Shown one piece after another: positions 31,251 to 43,442 of a stretch of DNA of 64,000 bases (positions within the stretch are counted from its first letter, which is position 1; every line of letters starts with the position of its first letter). Position numbers and translations under genes: made by a program. This DNA comes from Alphaproteobacteria bacterium (GTDB taxonomy: Bacteria; Pseudomonadota; Alphaproteobacteria; UBA6615). Where the stretch lies: NCBI GenBank assembly GCA_965261975.1, contig CBDHEC010000047.1, positions 32,001-96,000 on the forward strand. The letters run 5' to 3'. The notes below the pieces were generated by a model that saw only the letters and a program-made list of their open reading frames with translations, searched no databases and was not told the DNA's origin.

Positions 31251-31393
31251 GTTTCCTCAATTTCCCGCGTCGCCAGGGCTGCGACGTTTCCCGGGCAGCG
31301 CGCGAACCTAGCAAAGTGAGCGCCGTCTGCCGAGCGTGCTTGTTGGGGTGCTTTCTCGGGAAGAACCGGGGTGCAAAAGCCGGAGACAAATAG

Positions 31394-31428
31394 AAAAAGG
31401 CCGCCGGTTGGGGGTTCCGGCGGCCTTT
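31394..31428 (-). terminator. Intrinsic terminator downstream of the DUF1127 gene
   Basis: AAAGGCCGCCGG / CCGGCGGCCTTT stem with a U-tract on the minus strand. Confidence 0.8.
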
Positions 31429-31513
31429 AAGGGCCTGGATCAGCGTCGACCCGAAGGGGATCGGGGCGACGCGTCGGAGGCAGACCGAATGCGTTGATGG
31501 GGGACGCTATCGG

Positions 31514-31837
31514 TCAGACTTCAACATGGGGTGTCATGTTGGTGAGAGAAGGGTGGCATTGCGGCGGAATTGTGGTTTTTGCACGCGCCTGCAGTTGCGC
31601 CATATCCCGCGCGCGCGCGGCCCGGCTGACATTGTCGATCGTCGCATATGTCAGTCCGATATCCCGCAGAATGCGCGTGTCGAGTGCGTGCAGTTCCCGA
31701 CGCCATCGCGCATGCGCCCGATGGGTCAGCCAGAGGTCGTGCCGGTCTGCGATGAACCGGAAAAATGCGTTTGTGCGTGGCAGCGCCGAGCGGGGCGCTG
31801 GCCGCTGGCGACGTGGAGAAATGCGGGTCATATCCAT
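31514..31837 (-). CDS. DUF1127-domain small protein
   Basis: RRELHALDTRILRDIGL motif; purine-rich RBS upstream of MDMTR. Confidence 0.8.
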   Translation of the reverse strand: MDMTRISPRRQRPAPRSALPRTNAFFRFIADRHDLWLTHRAHARWRRELHALDTRILRDIGLTYATIDNVSRAARARDMAQLQARAKTTIPPQCHPSLTNMTPHVEV

Positions 31838-32066
31838 ATCCCGATCCTTCCTTTCTTGAGTTCCATGGGTTTCCACTCGGCTTGAATCTCTCGCGATGGT
31901 TTGGGTGCATGCACGCAGCAGCCGTCCCCTGCGCCGGCGCGTGTGCGCACGGTCGCCAGCAGGCGTCGAATGTGGTGCCCCATTCGGGTCATGTCCCTGA
32001 TCGCATCGTTGGAAGTTCATGGGAGACAAATGCGACTGGTCGACAGTTAAATCCAACAAATAGTTT

Positions 32067-32081
32067 TGATTGAAACCATCA
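32067..32081. promoter_or_regulatory. LysR-type operator between the divergent DUF1127 and LysR genes
   Basis: TGAT-N7-ATCA dyad in an AT-rich intergenic stretch. Confidence 0.6.
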
Positions 32082-32103
32082 GGAAAGTTGATATTTTACC
32101 GGC

Positions 32104-32958
32104 ATGAGCGAGACCCTCGATATTCCCCTGCTGCGGACCCTTCTGGCGGTTGTTGATTCCGGCAGCTTCACCCAGGCGGCGAACCAGGTGCACCGGACCC
32201 AGTCGGCGGTCAGCATGCAGGTGAAACGGCTCGAGGATGTCGTCGGGCGTAGCTTGTTTGAGCGTTCGGGTCGTCGCTCGGCGCTGACCCGCGAAGGTCA
32301 GGCTCTTACCGAATATGCGCGCCGTATCCTGCAACTGCATGACGAGGCGTTGACCACCATCAGTGAGCCCGAAATCGCGGGCGCTGTTCGGCTCGGCGTA
32401 CCCGACGATTATATCAGTGGGTTCTTGCCGCGGGTGCTGTCGGCATTTGCCGAGTCCTACCCGCTGGTCGAAGTGGAACTGCATTGCGCGAGCAGCACCA
32501 AGATTTCGCAGGCCCATATTGCCGGTGACGTCGATATCGGGCTTGTGACGATCGAGATGGTCGAACAGGAATGTCAGCTGGTTCGCCGCGAACCGGTCGT
32601 CTGGGCGACGTCGCGACGCCATGTGGTTCATGAACGCAATCCGGTGCCGCTGGCCGTGTTCGAGCCGGGTTGCTCGTTTCGCAAATGGGCCGTCGACACT
32701 CTCGATAGCGTGGGCCGGCACCACCGGATCGCCTATTCGAGCGAGAGTGTCGCGGGCCTCGTGACCGCCGTGGAGGCCGGGCTCGCCGTTACGATCCTGC
32801 CACGCAGTGGAATGCCGGCGGATTTCCGCGAACTCCTGCCCGATGAGGGCTTTCCGGTCTTGCCCGCCGTCGATATCGGTCTGATCCCGCCGAGGGGAGA
32901 CGCGGGTCCCGCGGTAGATGCACTGGCCAAGCACATCGCGCAGGGTGCTTCGTCATAA
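32104..32958 (+). CDS. LysR-family regulator (LrhA/HexA-like)
   Basis: GSFTQAA..VHRTQSAVSMQVKRLE, RLGVPDDY. Confidence 0.93.
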   Translation: MSETLDIPLLRTLLAVVDSGSFTQAANQVHRTQSAVSMQVKRLEDVVGRSLFERSGRRSALTREGQALTEYARRILQLHDEALTTISEPEIAGAVRLGVPDDYISGFLPRVLSAFAESYPLVEVELHCASSTKISQAHIAGDVDIGLVTIEMVEQECQLVRREPVVWATSRRHVVHERNPVPLAVFEPGCSFRKWAVDTLDSVGRHHRIAYSSESVAGLVTAVEAGLAVTILPRSGMPADFRELLPDEGFPVLPAVDIGLIPPRGDAGPAVDALAKHIAQGASS

Positions 32959-32977
32959 GATTTATGGCGTCCTGCAG

Positions 32978-33005
32978 CTTGGAGTCACCGGGCGTTTGTC
33001 CTATA
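32978..33005 (+). promoter_or_regulatory. Putative RpoH/sigma70-type promoter for acnA
   Basis: CTTGGA-N16-CCTATA. Confidence 0.45.
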
Positions 33006-33096
33006 ACCGCGCCAAATTGGCGCTGCCCGGGTCACCACCCGCACGCCAGCTTCCGTATCATCAGATGAATTCCCTTTCGGGAAGGAGAGAACGTCC

Positions 33097-35772
<2,676 letters not shown>

Positions 35773-35830
35773 GCGGTTCGTCACCGTCTGTTGATTGGTT
35801 CGTTACGGCCCGGGCGTCCATATTCGTTGC

Positions 35831-36625
35831 ATGGCGCAGCTGTTGATCGGCTTTGTGAGGCCCCGAAGGGGTGTGTGTCGGCGTTTTTCTGCCGCGATTG
35901 CGCTCGTCACCCTGCTCGCGGTCGGACTTGGTTTGACACCATCCGCCCGCGCAGATCAGCGACTGACGGTCGTCGAGCTCTTCACGTCGCAAGGTTGTCC
36001 TGCATGCCCGGCAGCTGACGCGTTGCTGGCCGAACTTTCACGGCAGCCCGGTATTCTGGCGCTCAGTTTCCACGTGGATTACTGGGACTATATCGGCTGG
36101 GTGGACCCGTTTGCGAACGAGGTGTTTTCGCAACGTCAGCAGCGCTATCTGGAACAGCTGAAACTGCCTTATGTCTATACGCCGCAAATGGTGGTCGACG
36201 GCAAGTTGCATGCATCGGGCAATCGTCCGAAGCAGGTTATGTCCAATATCGAAAGTGCTCACGACTTCGAGCAGGGCCGTGTGGCGGTGGCGGTCACGCG
36301 TATTTCGGATGGTCAGGTGCGCATTCAGATACCCGGGAGCGACGCGCTCTATCGGGGCGAGGCGGATATTATGCTGGTCCGTTTCGATGAGAAGCATGTC
36401 ACCGAAGTGACTCGCGGCGAGAACAGGGGAAAGACCCTGACCAATCTCAATGTCGTTCGGCTCTTGCGCCCGGTCGCCGACTGGAATGGCGAAGCGGTCG
36501 ATATGGTGATGCGTCTTCAGGACATCGGCGGCGCCGAACCGGCCTACTGCGCGATCTATGTGCAGGAACGTGGCCAGGGCCGCATCCTCGGCGCAGCTGT
36601 TGTGGATATGCGCCCGCACTCATAG
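35831..36625 (+). CDS. DUF1223 thioredoxin-like exported protein
   Basis: VVELFTSQGCPACPAAD, HVDYWDYIGW, YTPQMVV; commonly follows acnA; start uncertain. Confidence 0.88.
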   Translation: MAQLLIGFVRPRRGVCRRFSAAIALVTLLAVGLGLTPSARADQRLTVVELFTSQGCPACPAADALLAELSRQPGILALSFHVDYWDYIGWVDPFANEVFSQRQQRYLEQLKLPYVYTPQMVVDGKLHASGNRPKQVMSNIESAHDFEQGRVAVAVTRISDGQVRIQIPGSDALYRGEADIMLVRFDEKHVTEVTRGENRGKTLTNLNVVRLLRPVADWNGEAVDMVMRLQDIGGAEPAYCAIYVQERGQGRILGAAVVDMRPHS

Positions 36626-36649
36626 ACGGGCGTGTATCGAGATGCTGTC

Positions 36650-38383
36650 TCAGGCCGATGACAGCCTGACGATTCCCAGTTTTGCCAACCACAGGATGGA
36701 CCGCCGGGTCTCCCGCCCGGGTGTCCCCGTCGCCTCGACCAGCGCGCCCACGGTGGTGCCTTCGGTTTCGTCCGAGGCGGTGAGCGCGGCCAGCAGTGCC
36801 CGCAGATCCGGGCCGGGCAGCATCAGGCCCACACCGGCGCTGTTGATGCTGTGGTGAACCAGCGATTCCAGATCGGCATCGGGCGCGCGCCGCATGACGC
36901 GCGTATCGTCACCCAATGCGGCACTCGGATAGCCGGCGAAGACCTTGTACGGGTCATCGCGAAGCGGGTCGTTTGCTCTATCGCGAGGACGTGCCGCGAC
37001 TTCCCGGTCCCCGGCACGTCGCTGCGCCAACTCTGCCCACAGGGCCTCATAGGTCGGGATGATCATTGACCAGTCATAAACCGATCGCGCCCGTGTGCGC
37101 CCGGCCTCGCCCATTTTCCGGCGCAGCGCGGGGTCGTTTATCAGGCGCACATAGGCGATGCGCGCGGCGTCGATATCCACCGCGGTGAACTGTGCGGTCC
37201 GAGCGATATAGCCGCCGTAGCTGAATCGACCGCTGCGATAGCGCGACACGATATCCGGCCCGTCGCCGGGCGCGGCCGAGAAGGTCGGGATCGCGATTCC
37301 CTGCACGCCATCCTCGATGGTGTCGCGATAACCGTTCCAGTCCGTCACGACGATTGGCAGGCCGGTCGCCATGGCTTCGATAGGCGTCAGCCCGAAGGTT
37401 TCCTGAATATTGTCGGACAGGGAGGTGAAGAAGTCGGCCGCGGACCAGGCTTGCCGGCGCATCTCCGCATTACGGCCATCCACGATATGGACAGGCACAT
37501 CCGGACAGGTTTCGTGCGCCAGGCGTTCGATCTGGACCCGTTCGGTATCCGTCTCGAACCAGCCGGCGAGGATAAGGTGAACGTCGCGGCCGGTCTCGGC
37601 CCGGGCTGCCTGCAGTCCGAGGAACATGGGCAGGGGATGGGCCTTCGCGGTGGCCGAGAGACGGCCGAGGAACAATGCCGCCACGGCGTCGTCGTCAATG
37701 TCATATGTGGTGCGGAATGCTGCGCGGGCGGCCGGGTCGGGTTCGAACGAGGCGGCATCAATGCCCAGCGGGATAACCGGTAGTTGCAGGTGCGCCGCCT
37801 TCCGCCCGGCGCCCGACGGCGCCCCCAGGCGCGATTCGAGATAATCCCCCCATTCCTCGAGGACGCCCGCCAGCGTGTCGCGCACGGCCTGGGATGTGCA
37901 GATGACGGCGTCCCAGGGTTGCAAGGGTGCGGTGGCGAAGCTGCCGATAGCCTCCATCACCGTATCGCTTGCGGTTGTGTGTGTAATGCCACAGAGGCTC
38001 CATGCGCGCTGGTCATGCGCGCGCCGCAGCCATGCCTGGTCCGCGATCGTGGGGCTTGGGTAGAACAGGCATCCGGTCTCGGCGATCCGTTCGGGGGCAT
38101 CGACGGAAATCCAGCGCGCGCTGCGCAGGGGGCGGGTTCCTTCGGATGCTGCCGATCGGGTGGTTTAGGCGAATTCCTCTGCGGAGGCGCGGTCCGGGGC
38201 CATGCAGACCATGTCGCGCGAACGCGCGTGCTGCGCCAGACCGGCCAGAAAGCTCGCGCCTGCCGACTGACGGCCCATCAGGCGGTCGCCTGCCATCGTG
38301 TATCCATCGGACTTGTAATAGACGACGACATCGCTTGCGTTGTCGCGCGAAGGTTCGGGACCGTCGGGAAAATCAGTCGTCAT
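36650..38383 (-). pseudogene. GT4 glycosyltransferase interrupted by an in-frame TAA at 38165-38167
   Basis: ORF 38165..38383 and ORF 36650..37960 are in the same frame, and the 68 codons between them are open (..WLRRAHDQRAWSLCGITHTTAS..). The ETFGLTPIEAMA GT4 motif is present. Confidence 0.8.
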
Positions 38384-38471
38384 GGGGACGGCAACTCCTC
38401 ATTGGAAAATTGATTCTAGTCGGGCCATGTGACCGGTTGCAATCGGCTGCGGGAGTGGGGATGCTTGGGCC

Positions 38472-41048
38472 ATGTCTGTTCACGCCTCCCGTCCCGTCAA
38501 AGCTGTTCTGGGACCGACCAATACCGGTAAAACCTATCTCGCGATTGACCGCATGCTTGGCCATGCCAGCGGGATGATCGGGTTCCCGCTGCGCTTGCTG
38601 GCGCGTGAGAATTACGACCGTGTCGTGCGCCTGAAGGGTGCGGCTGCCGTCGCGCTGATTACGGGTGAGGAGCGAATCGTACCGGCGAATCCGCGCTATT
38701 TTCTGTGTACCGTCGAGGCGATGCCGCTGGACCGTATGGTCGATTTCCTCGCGATCGACGAGGTGCAGCTTTGCGCCGACCCGGAGCGTGGCCATGTCTT
38801 CACCGACCGTTTGCTGCGCGCGCGGGGGCGTGAGGAAACGATGTTTCTGGGCGCCGAGACCATGGCGCCGATTATTCGTCGCCTGATTCCGGATGTTCAG
38901 ATCGAGCGTCGTGAGCGGTTCTCGAAACTGAGCTATGGCGGATTTCGCAAGCTCACGCGATTGCCGCCGCGCAGCGCGATTGTCGCTTTCTCTGCGGCGA
39001 ATGTTTACGCGATGGCCGAATTGTTGCGCCGTCAGTGCGGCGGCACGGCGGTGGTTCTGGGGGCCCTCAGTCCGCGGACGCGCAACGCTCAGGTGGCGAT
39101 GTATGAGGCCGGTGAGGTCGACTATCTGGTCGCGACGGACGCGATCGGAATGGGGCTCAATATGGGCATCACCCATGTTGGTTTTTCCGCGATGACCAAG
39201 TTCGACGGGCATGGGTTCCGACATCTTTCGCCGAGCGAAGTCGGACAGATTGCGGGCCGCGCCGGTCGATATATGGAAGATGGTACCTTCGGTCCGACCG
39301 CGGAGCTGGAGCCGTTCGAACCGGAACTGGTTGCAGCCGTTGAGGCGCATGAGTTTGATCCGGTTGCGTCGATATTCTGGCGAAACTCGAAACTCGATTT
39401 TTCGTCCGCCGATGCACTCAAGCGCAGCCTCGAGGATTCGCCGCCGGATCGGGAACTTCGTCGTTCGCCGCCCACGGATGACTACAATGCGCTGCTTGCC
39501 ATGCGCGAGCATGATGACATCAAGGCGATGGCGACAAACCCCGAGGCCGTGCGCACCCTCTGGGACACCTGCCAGATTCCGGATTTCAGCGGCGACCTGT
39601 CGGGCAACCATACGCGCCTGGTGGCGCGAATTTATCGGTTCCTGATGGCCGAGGCGGGCCGGATTCCCGGAGATTGGATCGAACGTTCGATCAGCCAGTT
39701 TGACCGGGTTGACGGAGACATCGACACGCTGATGGCGCGCATCGCCGGGGTTCGGACATGGTCCTATATTTCCCATCGGCAATCCTGGCTCGATGACCCG
39801 GATGGTCTGCAGGGCCGGGCACGGGAGCTCGAGGACAAGCTCTCCGATGCGTTGCATGAAAGCCTGACCCAACGCTTCGTCGACCGAAAGGCCGCCGTCG
39901 TGACCCGCGGTTTGCGCGAGAACAGCAAGCTGTTGGCGGGTGTGTCGGACGAGGGCCTCATCACCGTGGAAGGCGAGGAGGTCGGTCGGTTCGATGGGTT
40001 CCGTTTCGTGCCGCTGGACGAGGATGTTGCGGCGAGTCCGCGCTTGATGGCGGCGGCCAACCGTGCTGTTCGAGAATCGATCGGCGCGCGGATCGCGGCG
40101 CTTGCCGGCTCCGATGACGAAGCTTTTACCCTCGACCGCGCCGGCGCCCGGATCATCTGGCAGCAGGCGCCTGTCGCACGTTTGACCGCGGGCACCGATA
40201 TTCTCCATCCGCTGGTCGAGGTGTTACCGAGCGAACTGCTTGATGTGCCGTCGCGCGAAGACATGCGGGTGCGGCTGCAGGGATGGCTCGATGCGACGCT
40301 GGGTGCCGACCTCGCGCCACTGTTTGCGCTGACCCAGGCGAAGTTCTCGGGTGCGGCGCGCGGACTCGCGTTTCAGTTGAGCGAAGGTTTGGGTTGTGCT
40401 GCACGGGTGAAAGGGGATGATCCGGCCAATCATCTCGACGACGCCGACCGCAAGGCGTTGGCCAAGGTCGGCATTCGTATTGGCGTTGCATCGGTGTATC
40501 TGCCGGCGCTGCTTAAGGGCCGGGTGATGGAGCTCAAGGCGATGCTCTATCGGGTCCGTGTTGACGCCGACACTGCCGAGGCCCTGCCGCCGTTGCCCGA
40601 CGGTGGTGCCACCGCCATGGCGCGCTCCGAGTTGATCGATGTTCACTGGTATCAGGCATTGGGCTTTTGCCCGGCCGGGCCGGTTGCGGTGCGCGCCGAC
40701 GAACTGGAACGACTGCTCGCCGCGGTTCGGCGGGGCACCAAGGAAGGTGTCTTCACCGTCAGCCCGGATCTTCTGTCGCGCATCGATGCGTCGGCGGATG
40801 TATTCGCCCGAATGATTCGCAGCTTCGGATACGCGGTGCGTGAGGAGGACGATGTCATCAAGGTCACGCGTCGCGCGGCCAGGCGGCGCCCCGGCAGGCA
40901 TGTACAAGGCAAGCCGCGCGCTGGAAAGAAAGGCGGTGCGCCACGCCAGAAGGGGGGCGCCAAACCGAATTCGAGAAAGCCCGCACCGAAATATGATCCT
41001 GATTCGCCTTTCGCGGCGCTGGCGGTCCTGAAGGAACGAGGACGTTGA
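38472..41048 (+). CDS. Suv3-like (MgpS-type) SF2 helicase
   Basis: GPTNTGKT, DEVQ, ATDAIGMGLN, QIAGRAGR, C-terminal PDSPFAAL. Confidence 0.92.
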   Translation: MSVHASRPVKAVLGPTNTGKTYLAIDRMLGHASGMIGFPLRLLARENYDRVVRLKGAAAVALITGEERIVPANPRYFLCTVEAMPLDRMVDFLAIDEVQLCADPERGHVFTDRLLRARGREETMFLGAETMAPIIRRLIPDVQIERRERFSKLSYGGFRKLTRLPPRSAIVAFSAANVYAMAELLRRQCGGTAVVLGALSPRTRNAQVAMYEAGEVDYLVATDAIGMGLNMGITHVGFSAMTKFDGHGFRHLSPSEVGQIAGRAGRYMEDGTFGPTAELEPFEPELVAAVEAHEFDPVASIFWRNSKLDFSSADALKRSLEDSPPDRELRRSPPTDDYNALLAMREHDDIKAMATNPEAVRTLWDTCQIPDFSGDLSGNHTRLVARIYRFLMAEAGRIPGDWIERSISQFDRVDGDIDTLMARIAGVRTWSYISHRQSWLDDPDGLQGRARELEDKLSDALHESLTQRFVDRKAAVVTRGLRENSKLLAGVSDEGLITVEGEEVGRFDGFRFVPLDEDVAASPRLMAAANRAVRESIGARIAALAGSDDEAFTLDRAGARIIWQQAPVARLTAGTDILHPLVEVLPSELLDVPSREDMRVRLQGWLDATLGADLAPLFALTQAKFSGAARGLAFQLSEGLGCAARVKGDDPANHLDDADRKALAKVGIRIGVASVYLPALLKGRVMELKAMLYRVRVDADTAEALPPLPDGGATAMARSELIDVHWYQALGFCPAGPVAVRADELERLLAAVRRGTKEGVFTVSPDLLSRIDASADVFARMIRSFGYAVREEDDVIKVTRRAARRRPGRHVQGKPRAGKKGGAPRQKGGAKPNSRKPAPKYDPDSPFAALAVLKERGR

Positions 41049-41458
41049 GCGGCGGCGAGACCGAAACGCATGATGCGGCAAACAATCGTGAGGGCACGCT
41101 GCGTCTCGACAAGTGGCTTTGGTATGCGCGGTTCTGCAAGACCCGCAGCCTGGCGACGGCGATGTGCCGGGCCGGCCAGGTCAGGGTGAACAAGGTGCCG
41201 GTCCGGAAATCAAACCAATCCGTGCGTGCGGGTGATGTTCTGACCTTCTCGCAAGGCCCGCGCATCCGGGTTATCCGCATCGTGGCACTTGCGACCCGGC
41301 GTGGCCCCGCGCCGGAGGCGGCCGCGTTGTACGAAGATATCTCTCCGCCGATGCCGCCCCGCGCGGCACGTCCTGCCGCCGTCGGCCTGCGAGAGGCCGG
41401 CGCCGGGCGCCCGACCAAACGCGATCGTCGGGCCCTCGACCGTCTGCGGGACAGCTGA
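41045..41458 (+). CDS. hslR: S4-domain RNA-binding protein Hsp15
   Basis: RLDKWLW.ARF.KTRSLA, GRPTKRDRR. Confidence 0.9.
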   Translation: MSGGETETHDAANNREGTLRLDKWLWYARFCKTRSLATAMCRAGQVRVNKVPVRKSNQSVRAGDVLTFSQGPRIRVIRIVALATRRGPAPEAAALYEDISPPMPPRAARPAAVGLREAGAGRPTKRDRRALDRLRDS

Positions 41459-41572
41459 GATGTGGCGCGGAGGTCCGCGTGCGAAACCAGATCACGGCGC
41501 TGTTGGTTGTTTGCCGGCGGCGCGATCATGTAAGGCAAGGGCTTCAGCGGATGCGTGTTTTAAGGAGATGCA

Positions 41573-42037
41573 ATGCTTGATCGTTTGAAATCCATGTTCG
41601 CACCGGATGCCGGCGGCACGTCGGCACGCGCGCACGGTCCCGACGAGCTGCAGCTCGCGGCCGCGGCGCTTCTGGTCGAGGCGGCGCGTATGGACGATGA
41701 CTATGACGCCGCCGAGCGGGCGTTGATCGGGTCTTTGTTGCGAGACCGTTTTGACCTGGACGAAACAGACACAGAAGCGCTGCTTGTGGCCGCAGATGCC
41801 GCGACCGAGGATCTGGTGGAGGTCTATGGGTTTGCACGCCAGGTGAAGGATGCCTTCGAACATGAAGAGCGGGTCTGGATGATCGAAATGCTCTGGGAAG
41901 TGGTTTATGCCGACGGCGAAATTCACGATCACGAGGCAAACTTGTTGCGACGCGTCGCCGGCCTCATCTACGTTAGCGACAGGGAGAGTGGGGACGCGCG
42001 CAAACGGGTGCTTGACCGCACGCGCGCAGCTTCGTAA
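41573..42037 (+). CDS. TerB-family protein
   Basis: ALLVEAARMD...E, MLWEVVYADG..HDHE.NLLRRVAGL. Confidence 0.85.
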   Translation: MLDRLKSMFAPDAGGTSARAHGPDELQLAAAALLVEAARMDDDYDAAERALIGSLLRDRFDLDETDTEALLVAADAATEDLVEVYGFARQVKDAFEHEERVWMIEMLWEVVYADGEIHDHEANLLRRVAGLIYVSDRESGDARKRVLDRTRAAS

Positions 42038-42073
42038 GTCCTCTCTCAAGATTGACCAAAAGGAATTCTGAAG

Positions 42074-42415
42074 ATGCCGTACGTCGTCACTGAAGCCTGC
42101 ATTAAGTGCAAGTACACGGACTGTGTGGAAGTCTGCCCCGTCGATTGTTTTTACGAGGGCGAGAACATGCTGGTGATCCATCCTGATGAATGCATCGATT
42201 GCGGCGTGTGCGAACCGGAATGCCCGGCCGAAGCGATCATCCCCGATGTCGAGCCCGAAGCCGAGAAATGGCTCGAGATGAACCGCGAATATTCGGAAGG
42301 CAAATGGCCGAATATCACCGCGAAGAAGGATGAGGCGCCGGACGCGGACAACTTCAAGACCGAAGAAGGCAAGTTCGAGAAGTACTTCAGCGCCAATCCC
42401 GGAAGCGGCGACTAA
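42074..42415 (+). CDS. fdxA: 7Fe/8Fe ferredoxin FdxA
   Basis: [30 protein letters not shown]. Confidence 0.95.
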   Translation: MPYVVTEACIKCKYTDCVEVCPVDCFYEGENMLVIHPDECIDCGVCEPECPAEAIIPDVEPEAEKWLEMNREYSEGKWPNITAKKDEAPDADNFKTEEGKFEKYFSANPGSGD

Positions 42416-42463
42416 GCGCTATTGCCTGAATGGTGCGGCGACCTACCAAAACCGCGCAAATTC

Positions 42464-42513
42464 TGTTATAATCAATGTCAATCGAGGGACGGCTGTCGCC
42501 GTCCCTTGTTCTT
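42464..42513 (+). promoter_or_regulatory. Extended -10 (TGnTATAAT) followed by a GC hairpin and U-rich tract upstream of carD
   Basis: TGTTATAAT at 42464-72; AGGGACGGC-TGTC-GCCGTCCCT-TGTTCTTT from 42485. Confidence 0.55.
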
Positions 42514-42613
42514 TGATTCTACGCTGGAACACGCATTACCCCGTTGAATCGCGCTAATTTCGCGGTCCGTGTGCGGTTGTGCCGCGCTCCGGCAGGCAGG
42601 TAACGGAACTAAA

Positions 42614-43339
42614 ATGGCGAAATCGACGAAAACCACCAAGACGGCGAAAAAACCGGCTGCAAAGGCAAAACCGGCTGCCAAGAAACCGGCGGCGAAGAAA
42701 CCGGCGGCGAAGAAAGCCGCGCCGGCGAAGAAGACCGCTGCGGCCAAGGCGGCACCGAAGAAGGCATCGACCGCGAAGGCGGCACCGGCCAAGGTGGCTG
42801 CACCCGCGGCGGCGGCTAAGCCGGCAGCCAAGCGTGCGCCGGCGAAGAAACAAAAGCTCGAATTCGGCGCCGGTGATTTTGTGGTCTACCCGACCCATGG
42901 TGTCGGCCAGGTGACAGGCGTTGAGACCCACGAAATTGTGGATCAGAAACTCAAGCTCTACATCATCAGCTTCGAGCGCGAGCGGATGACCCTCAAGGTC
43001 CCGATCAACAAGGTCGTGGATTCGGGCCTGCGCAAGCTGTCGAGCCGCAAGGTCATGGACAATGCGCTGAAGACGCTCAAGGGCCGGGTCCGGATCAAGC
43101 GCACCATGTGGAGCCGCCGCGCCCAGGAATACGAAGCGAAGATTAACTCCGGCGATCCGATATTCATTGCCGAGGTCGTACGCGACCTGCACCGCAAGGA
43201 AGATCAGCCCGACCAGTCCTATTCGGAACGGCAGATGTATCAGGCGGCACTGGAACGGTTGGCGCGTGAGCTCGCAGCAGTCGAGACGTCAGAGCATGAG
43301 GCTGCCGTCGAGAAGCTGGAAGGTATCCTCGCGACCTAG
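42614..43339 (+). CDS. carD: CarD/CdnL regulator with N-terminal Lys/Ala/Pro-rich extension
   Basis: FGAGDFVVYPTHGVG, MWSRRAQEYEAKINSGD, SYSERQMY. Confidence 0.93.
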   Translation: MAKSTKTTKTAKKPAAKAKPAAKKPAAKKPAAKKAAPAKKTAAAKAAPKKASTAKAAPAKVAAPAAAAKPAAKRAPAKKQKLEFGAGDFVVYPTHGVGQVTGVETHEIVDQKLKLYIISFERERMTLKVPINKVVDSGLRKLSSRKVMDNALKTLKGRVRIKRTMWSRRAQEYEAKINSGDPIFIAEVVRDLHRKEDQPDQSYSERQMYQAALERLARELAAVETSEHEAAVEKLEGILAT

Positions 43340-43368
43340 TCCGTCGGTATATCTGAAGAACTTGCTTG

Positions 43369-43399
43369 AAAAGCCGGGCTCCTTTGCGCCCGGCTTTTT
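43369..43399. terminator. Bidirectional intrinsic terminator
   Basis: AAAAGCCGGGC...GCCCGGCTTTTT between the convergent carD and M48 genes. Confidence 0.85.
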
Positions 43400-43442
43400 C
43401 ATGTCTCGGATGCCGACAGCCTCGGTACCCCGGGAAGACCTT

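Noticed and set aside
41573-42037. TerB as part of a tellurite-resistance or anti-phage ter operon
   Set aside because: It is a solitary TerB-like gene inside a core helicase-hslR-fdxA-carD block, with no other ter genes.
42630-42850. Short tandem DNA repeats as a possible CRISPR or VNTR array
   Set aside because: They encode the KKPAAK peptide repeats of CarD; there are no spacers or cas genes.
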